From contig CAYYGZ010000016.1 of NCBI GenBank assembly GCA_964471275.1, forward strand, positions 1 through 33,155: 33,155 nt of DNA. Reading direction: 5' to 3'. The notes below the pieces were generated by a model. It saw only the letters and a list, made by a program, of their open reading frames with translations, was not told the DNA's origin and searched no databases. A program made the position numbers and the translations under genes. Source of the DNA: an uncultured bacterium. Lineage in GTDB: Bacteria > Latescibacterota > UBA2968. Positions 1 through 9,830 of this stretch are shown here, piece after piece (positions within the stretch are counted from its first letter, which is position 1; every line of letters begins with the position of its first letter).

Positions 1-1
1 T

Positions 2-250
2 CGAATCGCGATCAATCCGCTGGTCAGTCGGCTCGGACTCCAACTGCCGAACCTCCTGTCCGGAGCCGTGGTGACGGGTATCGTACTCGGCCTTCCGACG
101 GCCGGACCGATCTTCCTCACGGCGCTCACGTCTCAGGATATGTTCCTAGCAGGCGCCTTCCTGCTGATCTCGGCGACGTTCCTCCTGATGGGAAACCTTT
201 TGGCCGACATCCTTCTGGCCTGGCTCGATCCCCGGATTCGGTATGAGTAA
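2..250 (+). CDS. ABC transporter permease, OppB/DppB family (5'-truncated by window edge)
   Basis: Open frame from nt 2 (RIAINPLVSRLGLQLPNLLSGAVVTGIVLGLP...QDMFLAG...GNLLADILLAWLDPRIRYE); typical OppB C-terminus; stop overlaps the start of the next gene. Confidence 0.9.
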   Translation, partial: RIAINPLVSRLGLQLPNLLSGAVVTGIVLGLPTAGPIFLTALTSQDMFLAGAFLLISATFLLMGNLLADILLAWLDPRIRYE

Positions 251-1382
251 CGTGGAATCCACCACGGCCGTCACCGCCGAAGAGGAGCCGACTGTTGTCA
301 TCACGGCTTCTTATTCCCAATGGAGCCTGATCTGGCGCCGCTTCAAGAAGCACAAGGCAGGTCTCGTTGGCGGATACATCGTCGTCTTCCTCTACGTCGC
401 CGTCTTCCTCGGAGAGTTTCTCGCACCGCACGGTGTCAGCAATCGCTACTACAAGGTTGTGCACTGCCCGCCGCAGCGGGTCCACTTCTTCTCCGACGAG
501 GGCCTCCATCTCAGACCCTTTGTTTACGGGATCAAGGGATCGCTCGATCGGAAGACGGGAATCAAGCAATACACCGAAGATTCATCGAAGAAGTATCCGA
601 TCTATCTCTTCTCCCGCGGCGACGAGTATGAATTCTACAGTCTCTTCAAGTCTGACCTCCACCTCTTCGGCACGGGGAAGGGCAATCCGATGTTCTTCCT
701 GGGAACAGACCGTTTTGGACGCGACATGCTGTCCCGCATCATCGTAGGGGGACGCATTTCCCTCACGATCGGACTGTTTGCGGTCACGCTCAGCTTGACA
801 CTGGGCTCTGTGTTCGGCGTCATCTCCGGCTTCTACGGCGGTACGGTCGACAACGTCATTCAGCGGATGATCGAGTTGATCTTCGCATTCCCCTCAATAC
901 CGATCCTGATGGCGTTGAGTGCGGTCCTGCCGCCTGAATGGCCATCACATCTGGTGTTCATGGGTATCGTCACGGTCCTGGCACTCGTGGGCTGGGGTGG
1001 ATTGGCGCGTGAGATCCGAGGCAAGACGCTATCCATTCGCGAGTCGGATTTCGTGATGGCCGCCCGTGTCTGCGGCGCAAAAGACGGACGCATCCTGTTC
1101 CGTCATCTACTCCCGTCGATGTTCAGTCACATCATCGTCATCGCAACACTCGCGATCCCCGGGTTCATCCTGGGTGAGAGCACACTCAGCTTCCTCGGTC
1201 TCGGGATCAAGCCACCGATGACCAGCTGGGGTCTACTCCTGTCGGATGCGATGAACATCCATTCGTTGAGCCTGTATCCCTGGCTCCTAATCCCGGGCTT
1301 ATGCATCATCATCGCCGTGCTCGCCTTCAACTTCCTGGGTGACGGGCTGCGTGATGCAGCGGACCCGTATTCGAGCCGTTAG
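243..1382 (+). CDS. ABC transporter permease, OppC/DppC family
   Basis: WRRFKKHK N-terminal motif, LGTDRFGRDMLSR, EAA-like loop (ESDFVMAARVCGA), C-terminal NFLGDGLRDAADP. Confidence 0.95.
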   Translation: MSNVESTTAVTAEEEPTVVITASYSQWSLIWRRFKKHKAGLVGGYIVVFLYVAVFLGEFLAPHGVSNRYYKVVHCPPQRVHFFSDEGLHLRPFVYGIKGSLDRKTGIKQYTEDSSKKYPIYLFSRGDEYEFYSLFKSDLHLFGTGKGNPMFFLGTDRFGRDMLSRIIVGGRISLTIGLFAVTLSLTLGSVFGVISGFYGGTVDNVIQRMIELIFAFPSIPILMALSAVLPPEWPSHLVFMGIVTVLALVGWGGLAREIRGKTLSIRESDFVMAARVCGAKDGRILFRHLLPSMFSHIIVIATLAIPGFILGESTLSFLGLGIKPPMTSWGLLLSDAMNIHSLSLYPWLLIPGLCIIIAVLAFNFLGDGLRDAADPYSSR

Positions 1383-1387
1383 GACCT

Positions 1388-2389
1388 ATGAGCGAATCCC
1401 AACGACAACCGCTGCTCGAGATCAACAACCTCAAGACCCACTTCCACACGGACGATGGGACCGTTCGTGCGGTTGATGGGGTGTCGTTCAGCATCGGCAG
1501 GGGCGAGACGCTCGCGGTGGTTGGTGAATCGGGATGTGGCAAGAGCATCACCGCGTTCTCGACGATGCGCCTGATTCCGAGCCCTCCCGGTCAAATCGTC
1601 GACGGTGAAATCCTGTTCCATCAGAACGGATCCGCACCGCTCGACCTGACCCAATGCGATCCGCGGGGTGCCCAGATGCGGAACATCCGCGGCAACGACA
1701 TTGCGATGATCTTCCAGGAGCCGATGACGTCGTTGAGCCCCGTACACACGATCGGGAATCAGATCGGTGAAGCGATCGAACTGCATCAGGGCGTGAACAA
1801 GGAAGAGGCGCGAAAACGGTCTGGCGAAGTTCTGCGCAAAGTCAGACTCCCCGAGCCGGAGCGCCAGCTGGACGCCTATCCGCACGAGCTCAGCGGGGGT
1901 ATGCGCCAACGCGTGATGATCGCGATGGCGCTGTCCTGCAACCCGAGCCTTCTGATCGCGGATGAACCGACAACCGCCCTCGACGTGACAGTCCAGGCGC
2001 AGATCCTCGATCTGATGGTCGCACTGCAAGATGAAATCGGGATGTCGATCCTGCTGATCACGCACGACCTCGGGGTCGTCGCCTGGATGGCGGACAATGT
2101 GGCCGTGATGTATCTGGGCAAGGTCGTCGAATACTCGGATGTGCGGACGATCTTCAAGAACCCGAAGCATCCGTACACAATCGGCTTGATCAACTCTATC
2201 CCGAAGATCGGACAGAAGGAAAAGCTGATCCCGATCAAAGGTTCCGTACCTGACCCGTTCGAGCGCCCGATCGGATGTTCATTCGCGCCGCGGTGTCCGC
2301 ACGCAATGGAACGGTGCAAAAAGGAGCCCGAGTTGAGGGAATTCGAGACCGGTCATCAGGTCAGCTGCTGGCTGGAGGTCGGGGGATAG
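1388..2389 (+). CDS. ABC transporter ATP-binding protein, OppD/DppD family
   Basis: Walker [26 protein letters not shown], Walker [14 protein letters not shown]-terminal HPYT and Cys-rich domain. Confidence 0.96.
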   Translation: MSESQRQPLLEINNLKTHFHTDDGTVRAVDGVSFSIGRGETLAVVGESGCGKSITAFSTMRLIPSPPGQIVDGEILFHQNGSAPLDLTQCDPRGAQMRNIRGNDIAMIFQEPMTSLSPVHTIGNQIGEAIELHQGVNKEEARKRSGEVLRKVRLPEPERQLDAYPHELSGGMRQRVMIAMALSCNPSLLIADEPTTALDVTVQAQILDLMVALQDEIGMSILLITHDLGVVAWMADNVAVMYLGKVVEYSDVRTIFKNPKHPYTIGLINSIPKIGQKEKLIPIKGSVPDPFERPIGCSFAPRCPHAMERCKKEPELREFETGHQVSCWLEVGG

Positions 2390-2414
2390 ACACCGGTTGG
2401 ATGCGCGAGGAGAA

Positions 2415-2501
2415 CCGTCCGCCCTTCGATACGACGTGTCCCTGTGATACGACTCGCCGAAACCCATTCTGGCTGGGTACGACGTCACTCAGGGTGAACG
2501 G
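2415..2501. repeat. REP-like palindromic element (CCCTTCGATACG...ACTCAGGGTGAACGG type)
   Basis: ccgtccgccct (2415-2425) pairs imperfectly with agggtgaacgg (2491-2501); inner gacgt/acgtc; shares a CCTTCGA...TCAGG core with 11102-11127 and 24556-24573. Confidence 0.6.
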
Positions 2502-2542
2502 GGACCGGACGGGAACAACCAGGTATTTCCACGAACGAGTGA

Positions 2543-3571
2543 ATGGCTGAATCAAACGGAAAATTGCTGGAAGTCGAGGGTCTCAAGACCTACTTCCCGA
2601 TCAAGAAGGGCATCTGGCGGAAGGTCGTCGGGCACGTCAAGGCGGTGGACGGTGTGTCCCTGACGCTCGGTCGCGGGGAGACGCTCGGTCTAGTCGGTGA
2701 GTCGGGCTGTGGGAAGACGACCACAGGTCGATCGATCATCCGTCTGATCGAACCCACTGAGGGAAAGATCACGTTCCATCACGACGATCGTGCAATCGAC
2801 CTGGGCAGCCTGGACAAAGAGGAAATGCGCAGTCTTCGTCGAGAATTGCAGTACATCTTCCAGGATCCCTTCTCGTCGCTGAATCCACGCATGACCGTGT
2901 TCGATCTTGTCGCCGAGCCGCTCGTAATCAACAAGGTCGCCTCGGGGAGTGAGCTGGATGACCGTGTCGAGCAGATGCTTGTTCGTGTCGGGATGCGTCC
3001 GGACCATCTCCGCCGATACCCACACGCCTTCAGCGGCGGCCAGCGTCAGCGGATCGGTATTGCACGCGCGCTATCGGTCACGCCACGCCTTATCATCGCT
3101 GACGAGCCGGTGTCGGCTCTCGATGTATCGGTTCAGGCGCAGGTCGTCAATCTGATGGCTGAGCTGCAGGAAGAGTTCGACCTGACCTACCTCTTCGTTG
3201 CGCACGATCTGAGCGTTGTCGAGCACATCAGCGACCGGGTCGCGGTGATGTATCTCGGTCAGATCGTCGAACTCACCACATCAGATCGCCTCTACGAAAG
3301 GCCGCTCCATCCATATACGGCGGCGCTGATGTCAGCCGTACCGGTCGCAGACCCGGATCACAAGATGCAACGCATCCCGCTCGAAGGAGACGTGCCGGAT
3401 CCGGCGAACGCTCCCTCCGGCTGCAAATTCCATCCCCGCTGCCAGCACGCTGAAGACCGCTGTCGCACGGAGTCACCTGAACTTCGAGAGATCGAACCTG
3501 GTCACGAGACCTCCTGCCACTTCGCCGGCGAGCTGACCTTCCAGAAAATGGAATCCGCGCACGTCGGATAG
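2543..3571 (+). CDS. ABC transporter ATP-binding protein, OppF/DppF family
   Basis: [61 protein letters not shown] and Cys-rich tail. Confidence 0.96.
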   Translation: MAESNGKLLEVEGLKTYFPIKKGIWRKVVGHVKAVDGVSLTLGRGETLGLVGESGCGKTTTGRSIIRLIEPTEGKITFHHDDRAIDLGSLDKEEMRSLRRELQYIFQDPFSSLNPRMTVFDLVAEPLVINKVASGSELDDRVEQMLVRVGMRPDHLRRYPHAFSGGQRQRIGIARALSVTPRLIIADEPVSALDVSVQAQVVNLMAELQEEFDLTYLFVAHDLSVVEHISDRVAVMYLGQIVELTTSDRLYERPLHPYTAALMSAVPVADPDHKMQRIPLEGDVPDPANAPSGCKFHPRCQHAEDRCRTESPELREIEPGHETSCHFAGELTFQKMESAHVG

Positions 3572-3596
3572 GTTTCATTCGCGGTACTCACCATCC

Positions 3597-4388
3597 TCAC
3601 ACGGGCGTTCCTGGGAGTGCTGTGTCCACTTGCTCGACGCCCTTCTTGCCCACCGGACAGACTCCCCAGCAGTAGCGGATATACGGGAGTTTACCCTCGG
3701 GGTTCTGTCTCTTGCATAGATCGGAAGGACACGCCCCCGTGAACCGGGCGACAGGCATCTTCTTGCTCGCTACATCCAGTTCGTAGATCTTGCCAAAACA
3801 TTCGTGCGCCCGCATACAGAGTCCACACTCCTCGCCGGGACAAATCGGTGGGCCGCTGTAGAGCGGATCGGGCTCCAACTCCGCTGACGTGATGAGCGAC
3901 TCCAGCCGCACGCGAGGGCCGTACTTCGGTGTCAGCAGCAGATTGTTGAGACCGATTTCCCCCAACCCGGCGGCAACGGCAGCGTGGCGGTGCGAAAAGA
4001 ACGCGTATCGTCCGGCACCGACCTTGCGCCCCCCTGCGGGAAGCGGCAATGCGGAATGACCGTGCTCCTCCAGCAGGAAGCCGACCTGTGACGCGACCTG
4101 CTGAAGCCGCATGTTCGCCGTGTCGTACATGAACTTGAACACCGTCGTCTGGACTTCCCACAACTCTTTGGGAGGAATCAACTCAGATTTCGTGCCAAAC
4201 CGGTCACATTCCAGGACGCTCTGGAAGAATCTGTGCGCAAGCACCACCACAGAACGCGCGCTGCGAAGCAGGTCTGTCGGGTGATGTCCCTTCGGTGCCC
4301 CGTCGAAACGATCGACCGATGCGATCCCGACCAGGTGTGCCCCCTGATCCAGCGCACGCTGTTTGACTTCTGCCGTCAAATCGGACAA
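3597..4388 (-). CDS. QueG (epoxyqueuosine reductase)/reductive-dehalogenase-like cobalamin-binding Fe-S protein
   Basis: GAHLVGIA, SHRHAAVAAGLGEIGLNNLLLTPKYGPRVRL signature, 8 C-terminal Cys (CPGEECGLCMRAHEC...CPSDLC...CWGVCP); TTG start after an AAGGAAGG RBS. Confidence 0.8.
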   Translation of the reverse strand: MSDLTAEVKQRALDQGAHLVGIASVDRFDGAPKGHHPTDLLRSARSVVVLAHRFFQSVLECDRFGTKSELIPPKELWEVQTTVFKFMYDTANMRLQQVASQVGFLLEEHGHSALPLPAGGRKVGAGRYAFFSHRHAAVAAGLGEIGLNNLLLTPKYGPRVRLESLITSAELEPDPLYSGPPICPGEECGLCMRAHECFGKIYELDVASKKMPVARFTGACPSDLCKRQNPEGKLPYIRYCWGVCPVGKKGVEQVDTALPGTPV

Positions 4389-4583
4389 ATCAGCCTTCCT
4401 TTCTCGTCTGCTGGTCGTCGATCCTGCTGTGCTAAGGCTCAGGACCCTGAATCTTCTCAGTTATTCCGGCGTTTCGATGGGTAGGGACACGACACTTGCC
4501 GTCTCTCTACCGGGCACCGAAGGTGATGACGGCACTGGTCATTGGCCACACCGCGGCGCCACGTTCTGAGGCATCGCGAAATA

Positions 4584-4693
4584 CCCGGGGTTTCGGCTGC
4601 GCTGTCGCTGCGCCTGCACCCCGGGCTACTTGGGCCAAGCCCTTTCAGGGCTCCCCCCCCGCCTCTCTTGGTGGGCTTGGTGCCCTTGGTGGT
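4584..4693. repeat. Composite REP-like intergenic element: inverted repeats plus 3x9-nt tandem
   Basis: cccggggt (4584-4591)/accccggg (4618-4625); palindrome agccctttcagggct (~4638-4652); tandem CTTGGTGGG-CTTGGTGCC-CTTGGTGGT (4667-4693). Confidence 0.55.
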
Positions 4694-4707
4694 CAACACA
4701 TTTGGTT

Positions 4708-5001
4708 TCAGATGTTCACGCCCACGGGCCGCTTTGCGTCTTCTGGCCCCCCGGCCAGGCGATTGTAGATCACAGCGATAACCAATCCACCAAACACGCC
4801 GTCTATAACGGCGTAGAGGGTGGCAACAGCGATGCTCCACGCTGTCGGCAGTCCGTCGTAGCCCGGGTATATGGAAGCCACCAGAGCCAGGAAGGCAACC
4901 GCATAGCCGTTCCAAATCAGATTGGTGATCCCCGCCATCAGCACTGCGCCTCCCCATACAATGGCGACGGTAAGCGTGAACGCCTTTGTGTCCAGTTTCA
5001 T
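4708..5001 (-). CDS. Small integral membrane protein (97 aa, about 2-3 hydrophobic segments), function unknown
   Basis: ATG at 5001 preceded by GGGAGGA RBS; MKLDTKAFTLTVAIVWGG...ASIYPGY...LYAVIDGVFGGLVIAVIYNRL hydrophobic pattern. Confidence 0.75.
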   Translation of the reverse strand: MKLDTKAFTLTVAIVWGGAVLMAGITNLIWNGYAVAFLALVASIYPGYDGLPTAWSIAVATLYAVIDGVFGGLVIAVIYNRLAGGPEDAKRPVGVNI

Positions 5002-5219
5002 TTGCTTGTCCTCCCGCTGTGACGTATGAATGAAAACAGGGCATGCCTCTACGAGAGACACCCCCTTCCACACTTCCCCGGACCTATACACGTTAAAGCT
5101 ACTACAACGCCGGTGAGCCTGTCAAAACAGACTGCCGAGAGGCAACCTTGACATCCGGCAACCGATCCATCAAGTACGCCGAGAGCCACAGAATTGCTCC
5201 TTTTCCAAAGAAGGCATGA

Positions 5220-6194
5220 ATGTTATCACGCGAACGTGTCATCGAAACCATCTCATTCCGAAAGCCGGACAGAGTTCCCGTATACGGCTGGGTCCGCTCG
5301 AACCTCGAGCAACCCATAACGGAGAAGTTCGGATCTGTAGAAGCATTCGAGGACCACTACGACTTCGACTACGCACACATCTTCGGGGGCCCGACACCCT
5401 ACGCCTCGTCTGACTTGAAGGCACTGCGCGACCAGTCGGGTGGCACCATCGATCCCGCCGCCCTCCTGGGGATCGACCTGACCGACCCAAACGACGAGGA
5501 ACGCTACCAGAAGGTGCGCGACTCGGTCAGGCATCATCGGGAGGAGCGGGGGCGATTTATCTACGTTCAGACCCCCGGCATCTTCGAATGTCTGAACGGT
5601 CCGTTCGGCATCGAGAATCATCTGATGTATCTGGCGCTGTATGAAGAAGATCTCAAGGAAGTCTACAGACGGCAGGCGGAGTGGAACCGAAGCTTCGCGA
5701 TGAACTGCCTGGATCTGAGTGTCGACATGATCCACATCTCGGACGATTGGGGAGCCCAGAATGCGCTGATGTTCAGTCCCGAGACGTGGTGGAACCTGGT
5801 CTACCCGTATCACAAAGTGACGTGCGACGCCGTTCGGAGTCGGGACGGATACCTGAGCCTTCACAGTGACGGGGACATCCGCCAGGTGCTCGACGGGGTA
5901 GTCGACCTAGGATTCAACGTCGTTCACCCTTGGCAGGAGTCCGCAGGGATGCGTTTCGACGAGTATCGCTCAAATCACGCTGATGATTTTGTGCTGATGG
6001 GCGGGCTCTGTATTCAGACCACGATCGGGTTCGGAAACTACGAGCGACTGCAGAGTGAAATCGAGCGCGTACTCGACACGTTCGCCGACGGCAGACTTCT
6101 GTTCTGCACAACACACTTCGTCCAGGACCATTGCACGATGGAAGAGCTCGTCTTCGCATTCGACCTCATTCACAGGCGGGTCCGTGGAGAGTAG
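5220..6194 (+). CDS. URO-D/MtaA/CmuA superfamily TIM-barrel protein (putative methyltransferase), copy 1
   Basis: N-terminal SRERV...KPDRVP, SDDWG, LHSDG, HPWQESAGM, LMGGL, C-terminal THFVQ. Confidence 0.88.
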   Translation: MLSRERVIETISFRKPDRVPVYGWVRSNLEQPITEKFGSVEAFEDHYDFDYAHIFGGPTPYASSDLKALRDQSGGTIDPAALLGIDLTDPNDEERYQKVRDSVRHHREERGRFIYVQTPGIFECLNGPFGIENHLMYLALYEEDLKEVYRRQAEWNRSFAMNCLDLSVDMIHISDDWGAQNALMFSPETWWNLVYPYHKVTCDAVRSRDGYLSLHSDGDIRQVLDGVVDLGFNVVHPWQESAGMRFDEYRSNHADDFVLMGGLCIQTTIGFGNYERLQSEIERVLDTFADGRLLFCTTHFVQDHCTMEELVFAFDLIHRRVRGE

Positions 6195-6225
6195 CTGCAA
6201 CGCGACACCTGCTCGATCCTGCGGC

Positions 6226-6520
6226 TCTCTCGAACGCGTCCTAACCGCCTTCGACTACCAACGACCCGATCGAGGCCCGCACCGAACCCCATTCCGAGGA
6301 CTTCGATCGACCTTCTTCGATGCCGACCGAAAAATGGGAGATGCGGGAATCGTAGACGTCAGCCTCGAGTTCAATCCGACAGGCTTTTTTGTGGAGCTGT
6401 GTGGATCCGAGAACTTCGCACTGATGTCGGCCACCGACCGCGACGAACGGCACCATCTTGTCACCTGAGAGGAACATTCCCCCAGGATTGACCCGGAAGC
6501 TTCGAACATGGTAATGTGTG
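6226..6520 (+). pseudogene. Internally deleted remnant of a URO-D-like gene
   Basis: Reads ERVLTAFDYQRPDRGP (N-terminal family motif), then after a short linker GDAGIVDVSLEFNPTGFFVELCGSENFALMSATDRDE (mid-protein-like); no start codon, stop at 6468; boundaries approximate. Confidence 0.55.
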
Positions 6521-6604
6521 TGCGTGCCCGCTTGCCGCGCTGCGCGGCAAAACCAGCCGATCCACGCCATCAATGAATAGATCAACCACCCATACGGGGA
6601 AACT

Positions 6605-7687
6605 GTGTTCAAACTGAAACCCGATTTCGAGCAGGTTTTGAACAGATACGAGGCCTGGTGGGAATGTGAGATCATCGACCGGACGCTCGTGTCGATCACA
6701 TATCCGGCAGCACAGCGCCATCCTGTTCCGACTTCCGATCACGCCACATTCCGCGAACGCTGGATGGACACGGAATTCATCGTCTCCCGTCGTGATACCG
6801 AACTCCGGAACACCGTCTTCTTCGCCGACAGCCTACCGGTTGCCTACCCCAACCTGGGACCGGAGGTCTTCTCCGCCTTCTACGGATGCGGTATGGAGTA
6901 TGGTGACCAGACCGCCTGGAGCGAACCGTGTCTGTCTGACTGGTCACCCGAGTCACTGGCTCGGCTACAACTCGACAAAGAGAGTTTCTACCTCCAAAAA
7001 CTCCACGAACTGACCGATGTGATGCTCGAGGTCGGTCGTGGCAACTACATCGTCGGGTATACCGACCTTCACGGCGGAGGGGACGCGATCGCGGCATTGC
7101 GCAACCCCCAGAACCTGCTGATCGACACGCTGGAGTGTCCGGAAAAGATCAAAACCCTCTGTGACCGGATCACGACCGAATTCCTCGGCATCTACGACAT
7201 CTTCCACGAGAAGCTCTCGGCCGCCGGGATGCCGAGCACCACCTGGTGCTCCGCCACCGGTAAGGGGAAGTATCACGTCCCGTCGAACGACTTCTCCTGC
7301 ATGATCTCGGACGCGGCATTCGAGGACCTGTTCATACCCGGCATCATCCAGGAATGTCGGCACATGGACCGCAACATGTACCATCTAGACGGGCCACAGG
7401 CGCTTCGCTTCCTCGACCGCCTGCTGGACATCCCCGAGATCCACGCAATCCAGTGGGTTCCCGGTGCAGGCAACGACTACTGGGGAGACTGGATCGAAGT
7501 CTACCAGCGGATCCAGGCCAGAGGGAAGGCGCTCCAGATCATCAGCGTCCCCATCGAGGATCTGCCGCGACTGGCTGAAGTGCTCGATCCCCACGGCGTC
7601 TGGATCAGTCGTGTAGAGGGAATCGAGAACGAAGCTGATGCGCGTTCCGCTCTGTCCGAGCTGGAGCGATGGACCAGGAGACGGTGA
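6605..7687 (+). CDS. URO-D/methyltransferase-like TIM-barrel protein, copy 2 (divergent subfamily)
   Basis: GTG start after GGGGA; YEAWW..IIDR, PNLGPEVFSAFYG, TDLHGGGD, SNDFSCMIS, YHLDGP, IQWVPGAG, GKALQI. Confidence 0.8.
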   Translation: MFKLKPDFEQVLNRYEAWWECEIIDRTLVSITYPAAQRHPVPTSDHATFRERWMDTEFIVSRRDTELRNTVFFADSLPVAYPNLGPEVFSAFYGCGMEYGDQTAWSEPCLSDWSPESLARLQLDKESFYLQKLHELTDVMLEVGRGNYIVGYTDLHGGGDAIAALRNPQNLLIDTLECPEKIKTLCDRITTEFLGIYDIFHEKLSAAGMPSTTWCSATGKGKYHVPSNDFSCMISDAAFEDLFIPGIIQECRHMDRNMYHLDGPQALRFLDRLLDIPEIHAIQWVPGAGNDYWGDWIEVYQRIQARGKALQIISVPIEDLPRLAEVLDPHGVWISRVEGIENEADARSALSELERWTRRR

Positions 7688-7691
7688 ACCG

Positions 7692-8657
7692 ATGACCCGA
7701 GAGCAAAATCTTATACGATCGTTGACCCACAGCACACCGGAATCGATCCCTGTGTCGGTCGGAATCCTTCCCGCCGCGTGGATGAAGTATCGAGAACGGC
7801 TGGACGAGGTCGCCCATCGCTACCCGGAGATCTTTGGCCGTCAGCGGGTCGCAAACAGGGATTACGACGCCGTGGGAGGAACATATGTAGCAGGAGATCA
7901 CCCGGACGCCTGGGGTTACGTGTGGCGGAACATCAAGACCGGGATGGAAGCGTTTGTCACTGGGCATCCGGTGCCGACGCGGACTGACGTGCACACGCTG
8001 CAAGCTCCCGAGGAGAACACTGGCTTCCCCCACGGTTTTATGTTCCTCAGGCTGACGTATCTGCGCGGGTTCGAGGAAGTGATGGTCGACTTCGCCGAAG
8101 AACCACCGGAGCTGCAGATGCTGATCGACATCGTCCTCGACTACTGCCTGCAGCAGGGCGAGATTCGGCTAACCGACCTGTCCGATCCACCGGCCCTCGT
8201 GACGTTTGGTGACGATCTCGGTATGCAGGATGCGCTTCCGATCAGTCCCGAAAAGTGGCGGCAATACTTGAAGCCGTGCTTCGAGAAGATTTACCGACCT
8301 TTCCGCGACGCCGGGCATTACGTCTATATGCACACAGACGGCCACATTCTCGAAATCATACCCGACCTCATCGACTGCGGTGTCAACGTGGTGAACCCGC
8401 AGGTCGGCGCAAACGGGATCAACAACCTTGCACGTGAGTGCAAAGGGAAAGTCTGTGTCGACCTGGATCTAGACCGTCAGCTGTTCCCCTACTGGGCGCC
8501 GAAAGAGATCGATGCGCATATCCAGAAGGCAGTCGAAACGCTGGGAGCGCCGGAAGGCGGCCTATGGTTGCGGGCTGAGCTGAGTGAGGAGATCCCGTTT
8601 GAGAACATAGAGGCGATCTGCGCGGGGTTGGAGCGCCACAGGTTCGCGTATTCGTGA
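7692..8657 (+). CDS. URO-D/MtaA/CmuA superfamily protein, copy 3
   Basis: ATG 7692 after AGGAG; DAWGYVW, LRGFEE, GDDLGMQ, YMHTDG, NPQVGANG, DLDRQ, PFENIEA. Confidence 0.88.
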   Translation: MTREQNLIRSLTHSTPESIPVSVGILPAAWMKYRERLDEVAHRYPEIFGRQRVANRDYDAVGGTYVAGDHPDAWGYVWRNIKTGMEAFVTGHPVPTRTDVHTLQAPEENTGFPHGFMFLRLTYLRGFEEVMVDFAEEPPELQMLIDIVLDYCLQQGEIRLTDLSDPPALVTFGDDLGMQDALPISPEKWRQYLKPCFEKIYRPFRDAGHYVYMHTDGHILEIIPDLIDCGVNVVNPQVGANGINNLARECKGKVCVDLDLDRQLFPYWAPKEIDAHIQKAVETLGAPEGGLWLRAELSEEIPFENIEAICAGLERHRFAYS

Positions 8658-8693
8658 GATATGTAAAATAAGGCAGAAGGAAAGGGCTGCAGA

Positions 8694-9755
8694 TTGAACT
8701 CCCGTGAACGAATGCTGGCGGCGATCGACCGGGAACCGGTGGATCGCGTACCGACAGATATCTGGGCGACGGCCGAGGTCTGGGACAAGCTGCGACGACA
8801 CTTCGGAGAGGATACCGATATACGGGCCGAGCTCGGGATTGACGGGATTGCCTCGGTGGACGCGAAGTATGTTGGGCCGCGGCTTTCGTCCGTGGGAGAA
8901 GGCGAATCGATCAACTTCTGGGGAATGCGGACGAAATCTGTACCGCACGCAGGTGGCGCTTACGCGGAGCAGTCTTTCTACCCACTCTCCGACGCGCAGA
9001 CGATCGATGACCTGGACGACTACGCCTGGCCGCAGACCGACTGGTTCGACTACTCCGAGATGAGAGAAAGGGCCGAGCAGGCACGCCAGACACAGGCATT
9101 GTCGTGCGGCTATATGGCGCCGTTCTTCTTCCACAACAAGCTCCGCGGTCTCGAGCAGTCGCTGATCGATCCCCTTCTCGGCCCTGATCTGACACACGAG
9201 ATCGTCCGCAGGATCTCCGACTTCTTCTACGGCCATCACCGCCTGATGTTCGAAGCCTGTGACGGTCTGATCGATCTCGCCCAGGTGACCGACGATCTCG
9301 GCAGCCAGACAGGTCCCCTCATCAGCCTCGAGCTGTATCACGAATTCTATGCTCCGCAGCACAAACGGTTTATCGATCTCTGCCACGAGTTCGGGATCAA
9401 AGTCTTTCACCACGACGACGGGAGCATCCGCGAATTTCTCCCTCCGCTCGTCGATATGGGGATCGACATCCTGAACCCGATTCAGTGGCGCTGTCCCGGG
9501 ATGGATATGCGCGAGTTGAAAGATGACTATGGTGACCGGATCTGCTTTCACGGCGCGATCGACAACCAGGCCGTGCTGCCCTTCGGCACACCGGAAGAGG
9601 TCCGGGCCGAGGTACGCCTCTGTATTGATACACTCGGCAGAGACGGGACCGGATACATCCTCGCCCCCTGTCACAATCTACAGGTCATAACTCCCGTGGA
9701 GAACATCATCGCGATGTATGACGAGGCCCGGTCATACGTGAAATTTTCGTCCTAA
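8694..9755 (+). CDS. URO-D/MtaA/CmuA superfamily protein, copy 4
   Basis: TTG start; NSRERML..EPVDRVP, LRGLE, TDDLGSQ, FHHDDG, LNPIQ, FHGAIDNQ, GYILAPCHNLQ, PVENIIAMY. Confidence 0.9.
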   Translation: MNSRERMLAAIDREPVDRVPTDIWATAEVWDKLRRHFGEDTDIRAELGIDGIASVDAKYVGPRLSSVGEGESINFWGMRTKSVPHAGGAYAEQSFYPLSDAQTIDDLDDYAWPQTDWFDYSEMRERAEQARQTQALSCGYMAPFFFHNKLRGLEQSLIDPLLGPDLTHEIVRRISDFFYGHHRLMFEACDGLIDLAQVTDDLGSQTGPLISLELYHEFYAPQHKRFIDLCHEFGIKVFHHDDGSIREFLPPLVDMGIDILNPIQWRCPGMDMRELKDDYGDRICFHGAIDNQAVLPFGTPEEVRAEVRLCIDTLGRDGTGYILAPCHNLQVITPVENIIAMYDEARSYVKFSS

Positions 9756-9830
9756 CTTTACGTCGACAAGTGGGCTGAGGTAGCGTTCAAGAACTTACGC
9801 TTGAGCGTGTGCCTGCCCCGAGAGCCTGGA

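Noticed and set aside
1379..2170. Long antisense or alternate-frame ORFs (also 8562-9674, 9795-10529, 14847-15698, 18806-19543, 20328-21083, 22822-23427)
   Set aside because: Shadow ORFs of well-supported genes in GC-rich DNA, with no recognisable motifs
4708..5001. Prophage holin interpretation of the small membrane protein
   Set aside because: No endolysin, integrase or other phage genes nearby
5220..9755. hemE (true uroporphyrinogen decarboxylase) assignment
   Set aside because: No RQAGR porphyrin-binding motif, multiple divergent paralogs and no tetrapyrrole gene context
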